64,000 nucleotides of DNA, from assembly GCA_905178155.1 (NCBI GenBank), contig CAJINV010000003.1, positions 1,421,557-1,485,556 on the forward strand. The letters are read 5' to 3'. This DNA comes from Amoebophrya sp. A120 (taxonomy: Eukaryota; Protista; Dinoflagellata). Each line of letters starts with the position of its first letter. Position 1 is the first letter of the stretch. Below are positions 54,968 to 64,000 of this stretch, piece by piece. The position numbers and the translations under genes are program-made. A model generated the notes under the pieces. It ran no database searches, had not been told where the DNA came from, and saw nothing but the letters and a program-made list of their open reading frames with translations.

Positions 54968-57312
54968 ATGGCGTCTTCCGGAACAACCAGCCAGAGTGAA
55001 GAATCGCGGTTGTTGAAGGCCGCGGGGGCGGCAGTTGAGGCACGTTCGCTTTCCTCAACCGAAAAGCAGGAAGTAGTACAGAAGCCAGCGTCGTCCGATG
55101 AGACGTGGCTTGGGCGACATGTCCGAGAGCGGCCAGTATTGACAACAATTCTGTGGATACGCCGAGGAAAAGGCTACAGCTCTTGACTAGACGGCCTTAG
55201 AAGTGTGGCTGGATGAACATGAACATGTTGCTTCGCCTGCTTTGCATGAGAGAAGAATAGGGTTACTTATGATACTGCTCCGAATGATAATGATGTATAA
55301 TTAAATCTTGTTCATGGTCTCATCAGCTGAAGAAAGTAGCCCACAGTCAGGAAGAAATTTCTTTTTGCTGAGGATGGTAGATGCCGTTGATGCTCGCGGC
55401 AAGTGCCGGATTGATAGCATTCAACAAGACGCTGGTGAACGGTCCCTTTCCGTTTGCTATGCAAGAAAAAAACTGTGTAACAGGTGTAACTCTGTAATGC
55501 AGAGCATGCAACAGTAGAGTTAAGTACGCCTGTCATGCGCATGCCAGACGACCATGAAGTCCTCTTTTCGTGTGTGTTTTCCCTTACACGCCACGAACTA
55601 CATTGGCAGGCTTTCTGTGTCATGTAGAGCAAATTTTTGATGCTGTCAGGCAAAGTCACACGAACACAGTTTTTTTCTTGGATATTTACCACCGCCCTGA
55701 CGTGCTGGCACATGTTCTGCTGCACTCTGTTCGCCTGGACCATGTTTGCGTTGCAGCCGGATTGCTTTCCCACGATGAAGACGCTGCGGCAGCAAGCGGA
55801 TGCGCACCAGACACGGCAGAGTCTGCTTTTCGTGGTGCCCATCGCGGTGTGTTTTAGCTCGTCCGTGGTGTTCTCCAATGTTGCGTACAAGTACGCTTCC
55901 ATCGCTTTTCTGCAGATGATGAAGGAGCTGAATGTGGGGATCATCTACTGTTTCTCCCTTCTCGCCGGGATTGAAACGGTGCAGTGGCGTCTCATCCTCG
56001 TGCTCACCGGGCTTGTCGGCGCCAGTTACTTTTCCATCACGGGGGAGGCCGATTTCGTGCTCCTGGGCTTCCTCGTGCAGGGGGCGTGCCAGCTGCTCGA
56101 GTGCACGCGCGTGGTCGCCACCAGCAAGGTACTCTCGACGCTCAGCCTGGGGTTCACGCGCATCGACGCCATGTCCTTCATGCTGGTCATGTCCCCCGTG
56201 TCGGTCCTCTACCTGTCCGTCGTGCTCTGGATCCGCTGGGACCCCTTGACGCAGGTATGAGATGAGTGCACGACTCCCCCTCGTCCCCGTGCTTAGTACT
56301 CATGCAACATGAAGACCCCTAAGCCTAATCGGCTCTTTGCCTCTTGGCATTACTTGCATGACGCGTTGTTCATTCTGGCGGCCCAAACAGAAACAGCACG
56401 ACAATCCTATGCAATTTTTACACGCAAAGCCTCCATTCTTGGCGACGCTACTTGTATCGCTGTTCACCACGCAGGGGCCCTACAAAGGATGGGGAGCAGG
56501 GGAGTTCTTGTGCACTCTCATAACAGGAGCGGTTCGCGGAGAACTTTTCCCTGCTGGCGGGAAACGGGCTGGTCGCCGTGTATTGCAAGAAAAAAGTGCT
56601 ACAGTTACACATTGTGTTGCAAGACCGGCAACACAGAGGACCTTTCTCATGCAGGAAATGCTTGGGAGCCTCGTTTCCTTCCTGTTTTCCCTTATGACCT
56701 TCGCATTACAAGTTTTCTCTGCCACACAGAGAAAATTTGTGATGCAGAAACTCCAACAAATGTGTAACTGTAACACTTTTTTGTCGTGATACCGTGCTGC
56801 TGAACATGATTATTGTGCTGACGATGACCGCCTTCTCGCCATTAACCATGATCGTGGCTGGAGTCGTCAAAGACGTCGTCATCGTCTCCGCGGGCGTACT
56901 GCTCTTCCACGAAGTCATTTCCGCACAGCAGTGCTGTGGCTTCACCCTGCAAGTCTGCTGTGTAGCCTGCTACTCCTATCTGCGCGCGTCGTCGTCGTCG
57001 TCGTCCGCACCTGGTGCCAAGGCCGAGCCGCCGAAAGAAGTAGTACGTGGAGAGGATCTTCACGCGGCGGACGAAGAGACCAAAATGCTCCTCCGTTCTG
57101 GGGAGCACCCGGTCGTGTCGACGGATGATGACGGCAGCGGAAGTGCGTCAAGCTCTTCTGGCTTGACTGGCTCTGTCGCGGGCGGGGACCTAGTGGATCA
57201 TCGGCACCATCAAATTCGCTCCAACAAAAAAGCGCCGCTGGTGCGCGTCGACAAGGATTATGGTACGACGAGCAGTACTAGCCATGGCATTTCCGCCGCG
57301 GAGCAAGTTTAG
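54968..57312 (+). CDS. Triose-phosphate/nucleotide-sugar transporter (TPT, DMT superfamily); first exon uncertain
   Basis: SAGLIAFNK, FPFATALTCWHM, SNVAYKYASIAFLQMMKE, NGLVAVLLN, SPLTMIVAGVVKD after removing two introners and canonical introns. Confidence 0.87.
55458..55684. mobile_element. TIR introner F
   Basis: TATGCAAGAAAAAAACTGTGT / ACACAGTTTTTTTCTTGGATA; TSD TTTGC/TTTAC with one mismatch. Confidence 0.87.
56581..56791. mobile_element. TIR introner G
   Basis: 33-bp TIR with 5 mismatches; TSD CCGTG (56576-56580/56792-56796). Removal gives GLVAVLLNM. Confidence 0.9.
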
Positions 57313-57967
57313 ACTGATGGATCTACTTGCAGTGGTCCTCGTGCAGTTGCCGGAATGGGCAAGGCATCATACCTAGGACTATAATTTCCACACGGCATCC
57401 GTATCTACAAGTAGACGGCTCTTTTTAGTGTGTGTCTGTTTTTTTGAGGATAGAGCCTTCTTTTTAATGCAATCTGATCAACATCAAATGTTTCAACGTA
57501 CAAGTCAGTGGTGAGATAGCAAAAGCCCAACGTTCTTTCAGCTTCACAATGAACACTGAAAAACAAAAAAAGTGGATGCCAGTCAAGAAAACCAAGAAAG
57601 CAGCTTGATTATGGCTATGCGGGTCCTCAACGGAAGTTGGTGAATTAATGGATCTCTAAGAAGCTACAGATGAAAAATAGAAGTCGTTCTCCTCTTCGAA
57701 GCTGCACATTGGAGAGATTCTCGTTGAAGGCGAAGCGAGCGAAAACTATACCGATGACAAAGACAGCAGCGCGAGCTGCGGAACATCAACCCGTATAATT
57801 TTTTGTTTTTCCGAGCCCAGCTCGAAATAATAATCATCATCGCGTCCAAATTTCGGACGAGTGGGTGGACGAGTGTACACAAGGAACAAATTTTCTGTGT
57901 CGGTAAAAATAAAACGATCTTTTCTGTAGCTACTCCCGTGCGTCGTGAAGACCGTCGTGCGTTCGTG

Positions 57968-60900
57968 ATGGGGAACAGTTGTGGGGGATGCTTCCAGGGG
58001 ATCGAGCAGTCCCTCGCGACAGCTAGCGGGGGGTCTACTTCTTCGTACCAGCCAACCGGCAGCTCGTTCCAGCAGCAGCCCCGGAGCGTGTACGCTCTCG
58101 AGCCCGCACCCCCCGCTGGTTCAGCCACACCACCAGCAGCAGGCGCACCACAGACAACGCTGCAGCCACAGACGGTAACTTTTGTCCGTAAGAAGTGGAA
58201 AGCGGGCTGCTTTCCACTTCTTACGGACAAAAGTCGGGTAGGGCGGAGGCCCCTGGCTAGTGGCCTAGGGGCCCGCGAGGGAGGGCCTAGCTGCGTTCCA
58301 ACAAGGGGGATGAGAGGTCAAAAGCCTGGCCGCGAGGTCGCCTCCTCCACAAGAAAGCTTGCATGCGAGCGGCCCCACGAAGAAGGCGGCACATGTCGAA
58401 AACCACTCGCGCGCCCCCGGGAGGGCCTGGGCGGCCCGGGTCCGGTCGGTCGGGCGGGGGCGGTTCCGCCCGGCCTGACCTTTGTAGGCCCGTGGCGAGG
58501 AGCCGCCCCGCCATTCGCTCTTTTTTTAAAGCCCTGCGTTTGCAAGAGGGGGTGGCAGCGTTTTTGTTTTGGGCCCTTTATTTCTCCCCTTCCTATCGAG
58601 GGGTGGCCCTGTTGCATGCGCGTCACTGTTGCATGCTGCAGTTTCGGCTAGGGTGGCGCGGGGGTTGTTCTCGGGGGGCAAAGGCGCGCACCCCCGAAAA
58701 CCCCGAACCGGCCCAGGCGGCTTGCCCCAGGCATTTTCGCGAAGATTCTCGGCGCGTTTTTTTTCGCGCTGCCAAATAAAATCTCGGTCCACCCGCCTGG
58801 CCACGTTGAAAAACCCCAAGCGGAGGCCCGCGCGCTGCAGGGAATCTCGAACCACAGGCGCAGCCGCTTCGGGGAATCTCCAGCGAAATGCCGCCGCGCT
58901 GCGGCAAATCTCGGGCCGCCCACGTCCTTGGCCTTTGAAGGATCTCAGGCGAAAGGCCGCCGCGCTGCGTAAAGTCCCGAGCCGCCCCAGCGCGCCTGCT
59001 GGCAAATCTCGGAGCGGAATCTCCGCGCCGGTATCTGGCAACGGAGAAAAGGCCGCGAGATTCTCCTTCACGCGGTGAAAAATCCCTAAGCGCCCCCGGG
59101 TGCGAACGGTATCACGGGGGGGGCTTTGGCAATTTTCGCCACACCACACAACGGTATCATGGTTCAGCCACACCACCAGCAGCAGGCGCACCACAGACAA
59201 CGCTGCAGCCACAGACGGTACGAGCGTGATTCACCCACCTGATGACGGATTCACCCACCTGTGATTCACCCCTCACCCACCTGTCCCCTCGATTCACCCA
59301 CCTCCGATCGTGTGGGTGTGTTTCGTTGCGTTTTAATTTATCTAGTATAAACTATCCTACTCGACGACACTAACTATGCCACACAACCGCGACCCGCTGG
59401 CTGCATCGCCCAGCGACTGGGCGCCTACAAGGACAAGCAAGCGTCTCGCGGTTAACTCGTAAAAGGAAGGAGGCAGGCTTTTGAAGGAGGTGAGCCTTGA
59501 AAAGGAAGGAGGCAGGTTGTTGAAGGCGGTGAGCCTTGAAAAGGAAGGAGGCAGGTTGTTGAAGGAGGTGAGCCCTGAAAAGGAAGGGCGCAGGCTGTTG
59601 CGGAAATGAACTCTGGTTAGAAAAGGAAGGAAGCACGCTCCTGAAGGAAATGGACTTTGAATGCGTGGCGCGCCGGGAGTACTCCGACTGCCTAACGCAG
59701 ATCTTAGAGGCAGGATTGATCGTATCCTGATTGAAAATGTCCCCACACCAGAGTTGTCATGCAAATCTGCATGGCAACAAAGTTTCTCATGCGGAGCCCC
59801 AGGAGAAGCGTTTTCATCTAGTCGCGTTTTGCAATTTGTGATGCTAGAATCACCATCATGTGCTAGATCTGTAATGCTGCTCAGCTAGTACTTAAAAACA
59901 CGACTGCAATACAAGGACAGATTTGTCATGCGAAGTAACCAAAGGCGATTGATTTGTCTAGCAGATTTCCCATTTTGACTCTGGTATAGGGACGTTTTTA
60001 CACAGGATAGATCGGCGTTTTCAAAAGCAACGTGTCTCGAGCCACCACCACTCGCTGGTTCAGCCACACCAGCAGCAGCAGGCGCACCACAGACAACGCT
60101 GCATTAAGGCTTACAGAAATTAGTTCCTACCCTTGTTCCCGAAAGCTTAGGTTTGAAAAAAATGGAAACAAACCGCGAGGGGGGTTTAGCTTGCACACTC
60201 TCGCAGTCGCTTGGAATGGCCGAAGGCCATGAAAAATGTGGCTGGGAAGCAGCCAGCGCGCGAGCTTGGGGGAGAACGGGCAGCCGTCTTCGGCGGGGCT
60301 GCCGCGCTTCTCCTGCCGGGCTGCCAGGAGTGGGCCTTACGCTCCTGCTCGTTGAAAGCGCGTGGCTTTCAAGTGCCCTGCTATTGGAAATGAGTTACTT
60401 GCATTGCCTTGGCATAGTAAGTATTTTGTTTGTTGTGCTAGTATATTGCAAGCAATTCGTGTTCAGCGCCAGGTCGTTAAAAGCAGCGCGCCTTCAATAT
60501 AAGGGGTCGCCCAGCAGCTGCCACACTCTAGCCTTTCGGAAATGCGTTCCCAAGGTTTGCCGGAAATCCCGGGAGCATATTTCGGCAAGGCCCCCACGTC
60601 GGCTTTGTACTCTGGCCGGCAGTAGGTCTGAAGACCTCGCGCAAAATCATCCGACGTCGGGGAGATAAAGAAATGCGCCCCTGGGATTTTCGCCGCGTCG
60701 AGACCTGGGATCATAGTTCTGCAAAACCCCCTCGTAAGATGATTCTGCGCGGGTTTTTCTGTGTTTCAAGATCAGAACACAAACTCGAGTAGCACTCTCG
60801 TGCTCTGGCCTGCAGAAGTGTGCTCCTAAGATTTCTTGATATCGAACTCAAATCCGAGAATTCCTCAGATGCGAGCTCACATCCGAGAACTCCTCACATG

Positions 60901-63900
60901 TGAGCGCACATCCAAGAGTTAGAAGGTCAGAAGAACTGCGCAGCATAATCTTACGCGACAGGCTTACAGCAGTGCGCTCTTTGGATTTGTGTGTTGCGCC
61001 TCCAATTGCCTCACTTGGAGTCGCGGTTCAAACTTTCACACGCAGAGCGCGGCGATTCGCAAGTTTAGCCGAACCGGCGTAGCGATTTTGTTTCTGGTTT
61101 TCTGACATTGTGTGCCCATCACAGGACTCCTGTGATAGGCACGCAACACTTTGGGGGGTGCCAGAAATAAAGCTGCCGCGCCACATCGGCTGTACTTGCG
61201 AACTTTGTTGCCTTGCGCGTGACAGTTCGATCCGCGTGTCCAAGCGAGGTGTATGTAGACGCAACACGCAAACCCTGGGAGCGAATTTCTGTGAGTCACC
61301 TGAATAAAATTGGTGCTCAGAGCGGTTTTGCTGGCCAGGGCACAAATCTTACGCAGGCAGCCTACAGAAATTAGGTCTCAGGACCCCACATCCGAGAACT
61401 TCTCGGATGGGGCTTCACATCCGAGGAGTTCCCGGACGTAGACTCACATCTAAGAACTCCTCGTGTGTCAGCTGCAGCCAGGCCACACCACCACCAGCAG
61501 GCGCACCACAGACAACGCTGCAGCCACAGACCGTCGAAGTCGTTATTGATCGCGTCCTTGTTTGCTCGATTGGAGTCGAACTTCCGGACTTTCGTATGCG
61601 GTATGCCGTGATTTATTACATTTTGAATTCATTATTTATGAATTTCTTTTTTTTTGTAGAGAAGAGACAAGAGGTAGAGGCATACCTGCAAAAATTAAAG
61701 TTGCTGGTGCTGTAGTACGGGTATGTACTGCATTCACTGACAATATCGGGGCGAGAGATTGTATTTAAACAACGTAGACTCACTATCACTACCTAGGTAG
61801 TAGAACTACTTATCTTTGTCCTCTTCCTCTACCAAACAGACATGTCGGGGAGTGACGAAAATTATCTGTCGGTGGAAGATCCGCACGTTTCTGAGAACGG
61901 CGGACATTTAGTTGCCCAGAATCCACCGAACCATGATCGCGACCGCAACGCGCCGGAAGCAGAAGCTGTCGCAAGAAACAAGAAGGGAGATAAACGTGTG
62001 AAGTTTGCCATGTTTTCGTCGCCCCCGCAGCAAGAACATGAGCTAGGGCGGAAGAAGGAAATTTCTTTCGAGAAACAACAACGTAAGATTCTCCTTGATT
62101 ACGAAAAAGGTAAGTACAACACCCAAGCGACTTTCGGGACCCATGACGGCAAGATCGTCGGGCGGCTGAACCAGTTGCTGGAGAAGCAACGCGGTAAACA
62201 ATCTGTTGCGCAGACTTCTGCCTGCGGTGGTTCTGCGAGCAGCTCCTCTTCGTCTTTCCAAAATAACCCGCAGCAGGCGCACCACAGACAACGCTGCAGC
62301 CTATCAAATGTAAAAATGTCTGGGTCCGGAACAAAACAACTTGTCATGCTAAATCTGAATCATGTAAAAACCTGTGTTGCATGATTACCAAAAGCTGTCC
62401 ACTTTTGACCTAATCGAGAGGCAGTTTCTCATGCACGATAGGCATGATAAAACTCTCACAGAATCTGTCATGCTATGTCCCTCGTACCAGACCTCGCGGG
62501 CCATGGAAAACCTGCATGACAAGTCTGGCATTCTTCCAGACCCCGACATTTTTGCAATTGATACGACCACCACGACGACGATATTCGGACTGGAAACCAC
62601 AACAACGACAATCGCACCGGATGCGCCGTATCCCAACAAAGGTAGAAGTGGTTTTTGTCTATGCTGCTGGTTCTTGTTTGTTTGCGTATATATTCTGTGC
62701 ATAGAAGATATCATGGCGCAAGAACTGTTTGCCGCTGCCGGCTATTACTTATGTAGCAAATAATTATTTTCGTAAAGGGAAATCAGAAATCAAAACTGCA
62801 CAGATATGCTCCTGACAAAGCCGAACTACTTTCCGGACAATTTGAAACACGAGAACATCATGGTCCCGCTGGAGGCGATGGCCAGCAATCAGCCCACCGT
62901 GGACTACCTCTTTGGCTACCGGTACCACACCGATGGGGAAGAGGGGTACCTGGCGCAGGCGGGGAACCTGCGGAAAATCATCTACCGAAACGTATGACTT
63001 GCTCAAACGTTACAATCTCAAACGTTACAATAGAGTCTGGAATTTGTGTTGCATGATGGGCATGACAGACTCGCACAGCGTTCCACCTTTTGCAATACAA
63101 ATTTTCCCAGATTGTAGTGGGGTTTGGAGCTCCGGAACTTGTCATGCGCAGCCCTATGAGAGTTGGCTAGATCATGCTCATCATGCAAGACAAATCTCAG
63201 ATTCTATTGTAACGTTTGAGATTGTAACACCCGAGCGGGTTATAAAACGACCCCCGGTACGGTGTGATGAACGTGATCAACGACCCGCGGAACGTGTATC
63301 AAATGTAAAAATTTCTGGGTCTGGAAAATGCAACCTGTCATGCTAAATCTGAAGCATGCAAAAATCTGTGTTGCATGATTACCAACCAGCCACACCACCA
63401 CCAGCAGGCGCACCACAGACAACGCTGCAGCCACAGACACGTCCTGTCGGGAACAAGATTGGCGCAACAACTACATCTCCGGTGAGCAATGCCGCACTTG
63501 CTCCGTCCACACCCGACGAGCAGAGTAAGACCTCGTTCACAGCGACCGGTAGACGAAAAGCATTCCTGATTGGTATCAACTACTACGGGACGCAGGCGGA
63601 GCTGGCGGGCTGCGTGAATGACGTGGAGAACATATCTAGCCTGCTGATCCGAAAATTTGGTTGGCGGCAGAGCGAAATCCGCACGCTCGACGACGACCGC
63701 GGCCGCAGCTACCCGGCGGTGCACCCCACGCGGCAGCGCATCCTGGAGTCGTTGCAGTGGCTGGTACTGGACGCGCAGCCCGGGGACACGTTGTTTCTTC
63801 TGTACTCCGGCCACGGCGCCCAGGAGGTGGATCCCAACGGATACGAGGAGGACGGAATGAACGACACGATTCTGCTATCCAAGAAAGAAAACTGTGTTAG

Positions 63901-64000
63901 TGTAGATGTCTACTTGGAGTGATAGCATGACAAAGCTTTTCTGCATGACAGAGAAAGCCCTCTGGAGTGCACAGCTAGCACATGAAAATACACGCACATC
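57968..64000 (+). CDS. Metacaspase, 3'-partial; N-terminal exon 57968-58174 separated from the catalytic exon (about 63437-63875) by a 5.2-kb repeat/insert array
   Basis: MGNSCGGC acylation-like N-terminus and Pro/Gln-rich prodomain; RRKAFLIGINY, LAGCVNDV, PTRQRI, PGDTLFLLYSGHG, EEDG.NDTIL. Confidence 0.85.
59461..59600. repeat. 39-bp tandem repeat x3.5
   Basis: AAAAGGAAGGAGGCAGGTTGTTGAAGGAGGTGAGCCTTG units; the minus strand reads LPPSFSRLTxFNN. Confidence 0.88.
59723..60009. mobile_element. TIR introner H, inside array insert 2
   Basis: 32-bp imperfect TIR TATCCTG...CCAGAGT; TSD GATCG (59718-59722/60010-60014). Confidence 0.85.
61842..62269 (+). pseudogene. 5' fragment of an unrelated gene inside array insert 4
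   Basis: ATG-initiated ORF (MSGSDENYLS...) preceded by AT-rich intergenic-like DNA and cut off by repeat copy 5. Confidence 0.5.
62302..62563. mobile_element. TIR introner I, 262 bp, empty inverted sister of D
   Basis: TATCAAATG family TIRs; a single copy of the LINE target homolog (reverse complement GATTAGGTCAAAAGTG). Left flank CAGCC does not match right flank CGACC. Confidence 0.9.
62564..63296 (+). pseudogene. Internal fragment of an unrelated spliced gene inside array insert 5
   Basis: Coding-like exons TTTTIFGLE..PNK and MLLTKPNYF..IIYRNDPRYGV, a GT-AG intron at about 62642-62803, and introner J. Neither gene end is present. Confidence 0.6.
62993..63244. mobile_element. TIR introner J
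   Basis: About 47-bp imperfect TIR containing GTTACAATCTCAAACGTTACAATAG; TSD AAACG (62988-62992/63245-63249). Confidence 0.9.
63297..63385. mobile_element. Truncated introner K (left about 89 bp of the I/D subfamily)
   Basis: Matches 62302-62391, then joins repeat copy 6 abruptly; no right TIR. Confidence 0.85.
63876..64000. mobile_element. Probable introner L running off the window
   Basis: Starts TATCCAAGAAAGAAAACTGTGTTAGTGTA like C and F, contains GCATGACA motifs, and interrupts metacaspase at DTIL|P. Confidence 0.7.

Larger units (their letters stand above)
58096..63438 (+). repeat. Six dispersed direct copies of a metacaspase exon segment (58096-58177, 59160-59220, 60035-60103, 61482-61531, 62270-62301, 63387-63438)
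   Basis: All share CAGCAGGCGCACCACAGACAACGCTGCA; copies 1 and 2 are identical over 61 bp. Confidence 0.95.

Noticed and set aside
59357-59764. Minus-strand LRR gene
   Set aside because: The 13-aa unit is shorter than an LRR and arises from a 39-bp tandem repeat in a captured fragment; at most a degenerate remnant.
58096-63438. CRISPR array
   Set aside because: Repeats vary in length, are coding-derived and non-palindromic; spacers are about 1 kb; there are no cas genes and the context is eukaryotic.

Overview
Eukaryotic, intron-containing DNA with every host gene on the + strand. The non-canonical TIR-bounded introns point to a syndinian dinoflagellate such as Amoebophrya (inference). Host genes: a bacterial-type 4-domain sugar-enzyme fusion, iolD, an HPR/RAP-like protein, an ankyrin protein, an NSUN methyltransferase, a SET protein, large hypotheticals, an SGNH-like protein, mitoribosomal DAP3/mS29, a TPT-family transporter and a metacaspase. 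Twelve TAT...ATA inverted-repeat introners, most with 5-bp target duplications, lie mostly inside coding sequence, and members of one family occur in both orientations. Two structures stand out. (1) An 8.1-kb APE-RT non-LTR retrotransposon and a 0.85-kb structured passenger sit in tandem at one 16-bp site inside a 262-bp introner, giving a 9.3-kb element whose removal restores the host ORF; an empty 262-bp sister copy is in the same window. (2) The metacaspase gene carries six copies of a 32-82 bp exon segment separated by 0.7-1.4 kb unrelated genomic fragments, with a similar single event at 30.8-31.8 kb. Everything was read by eye; no database searches were run.
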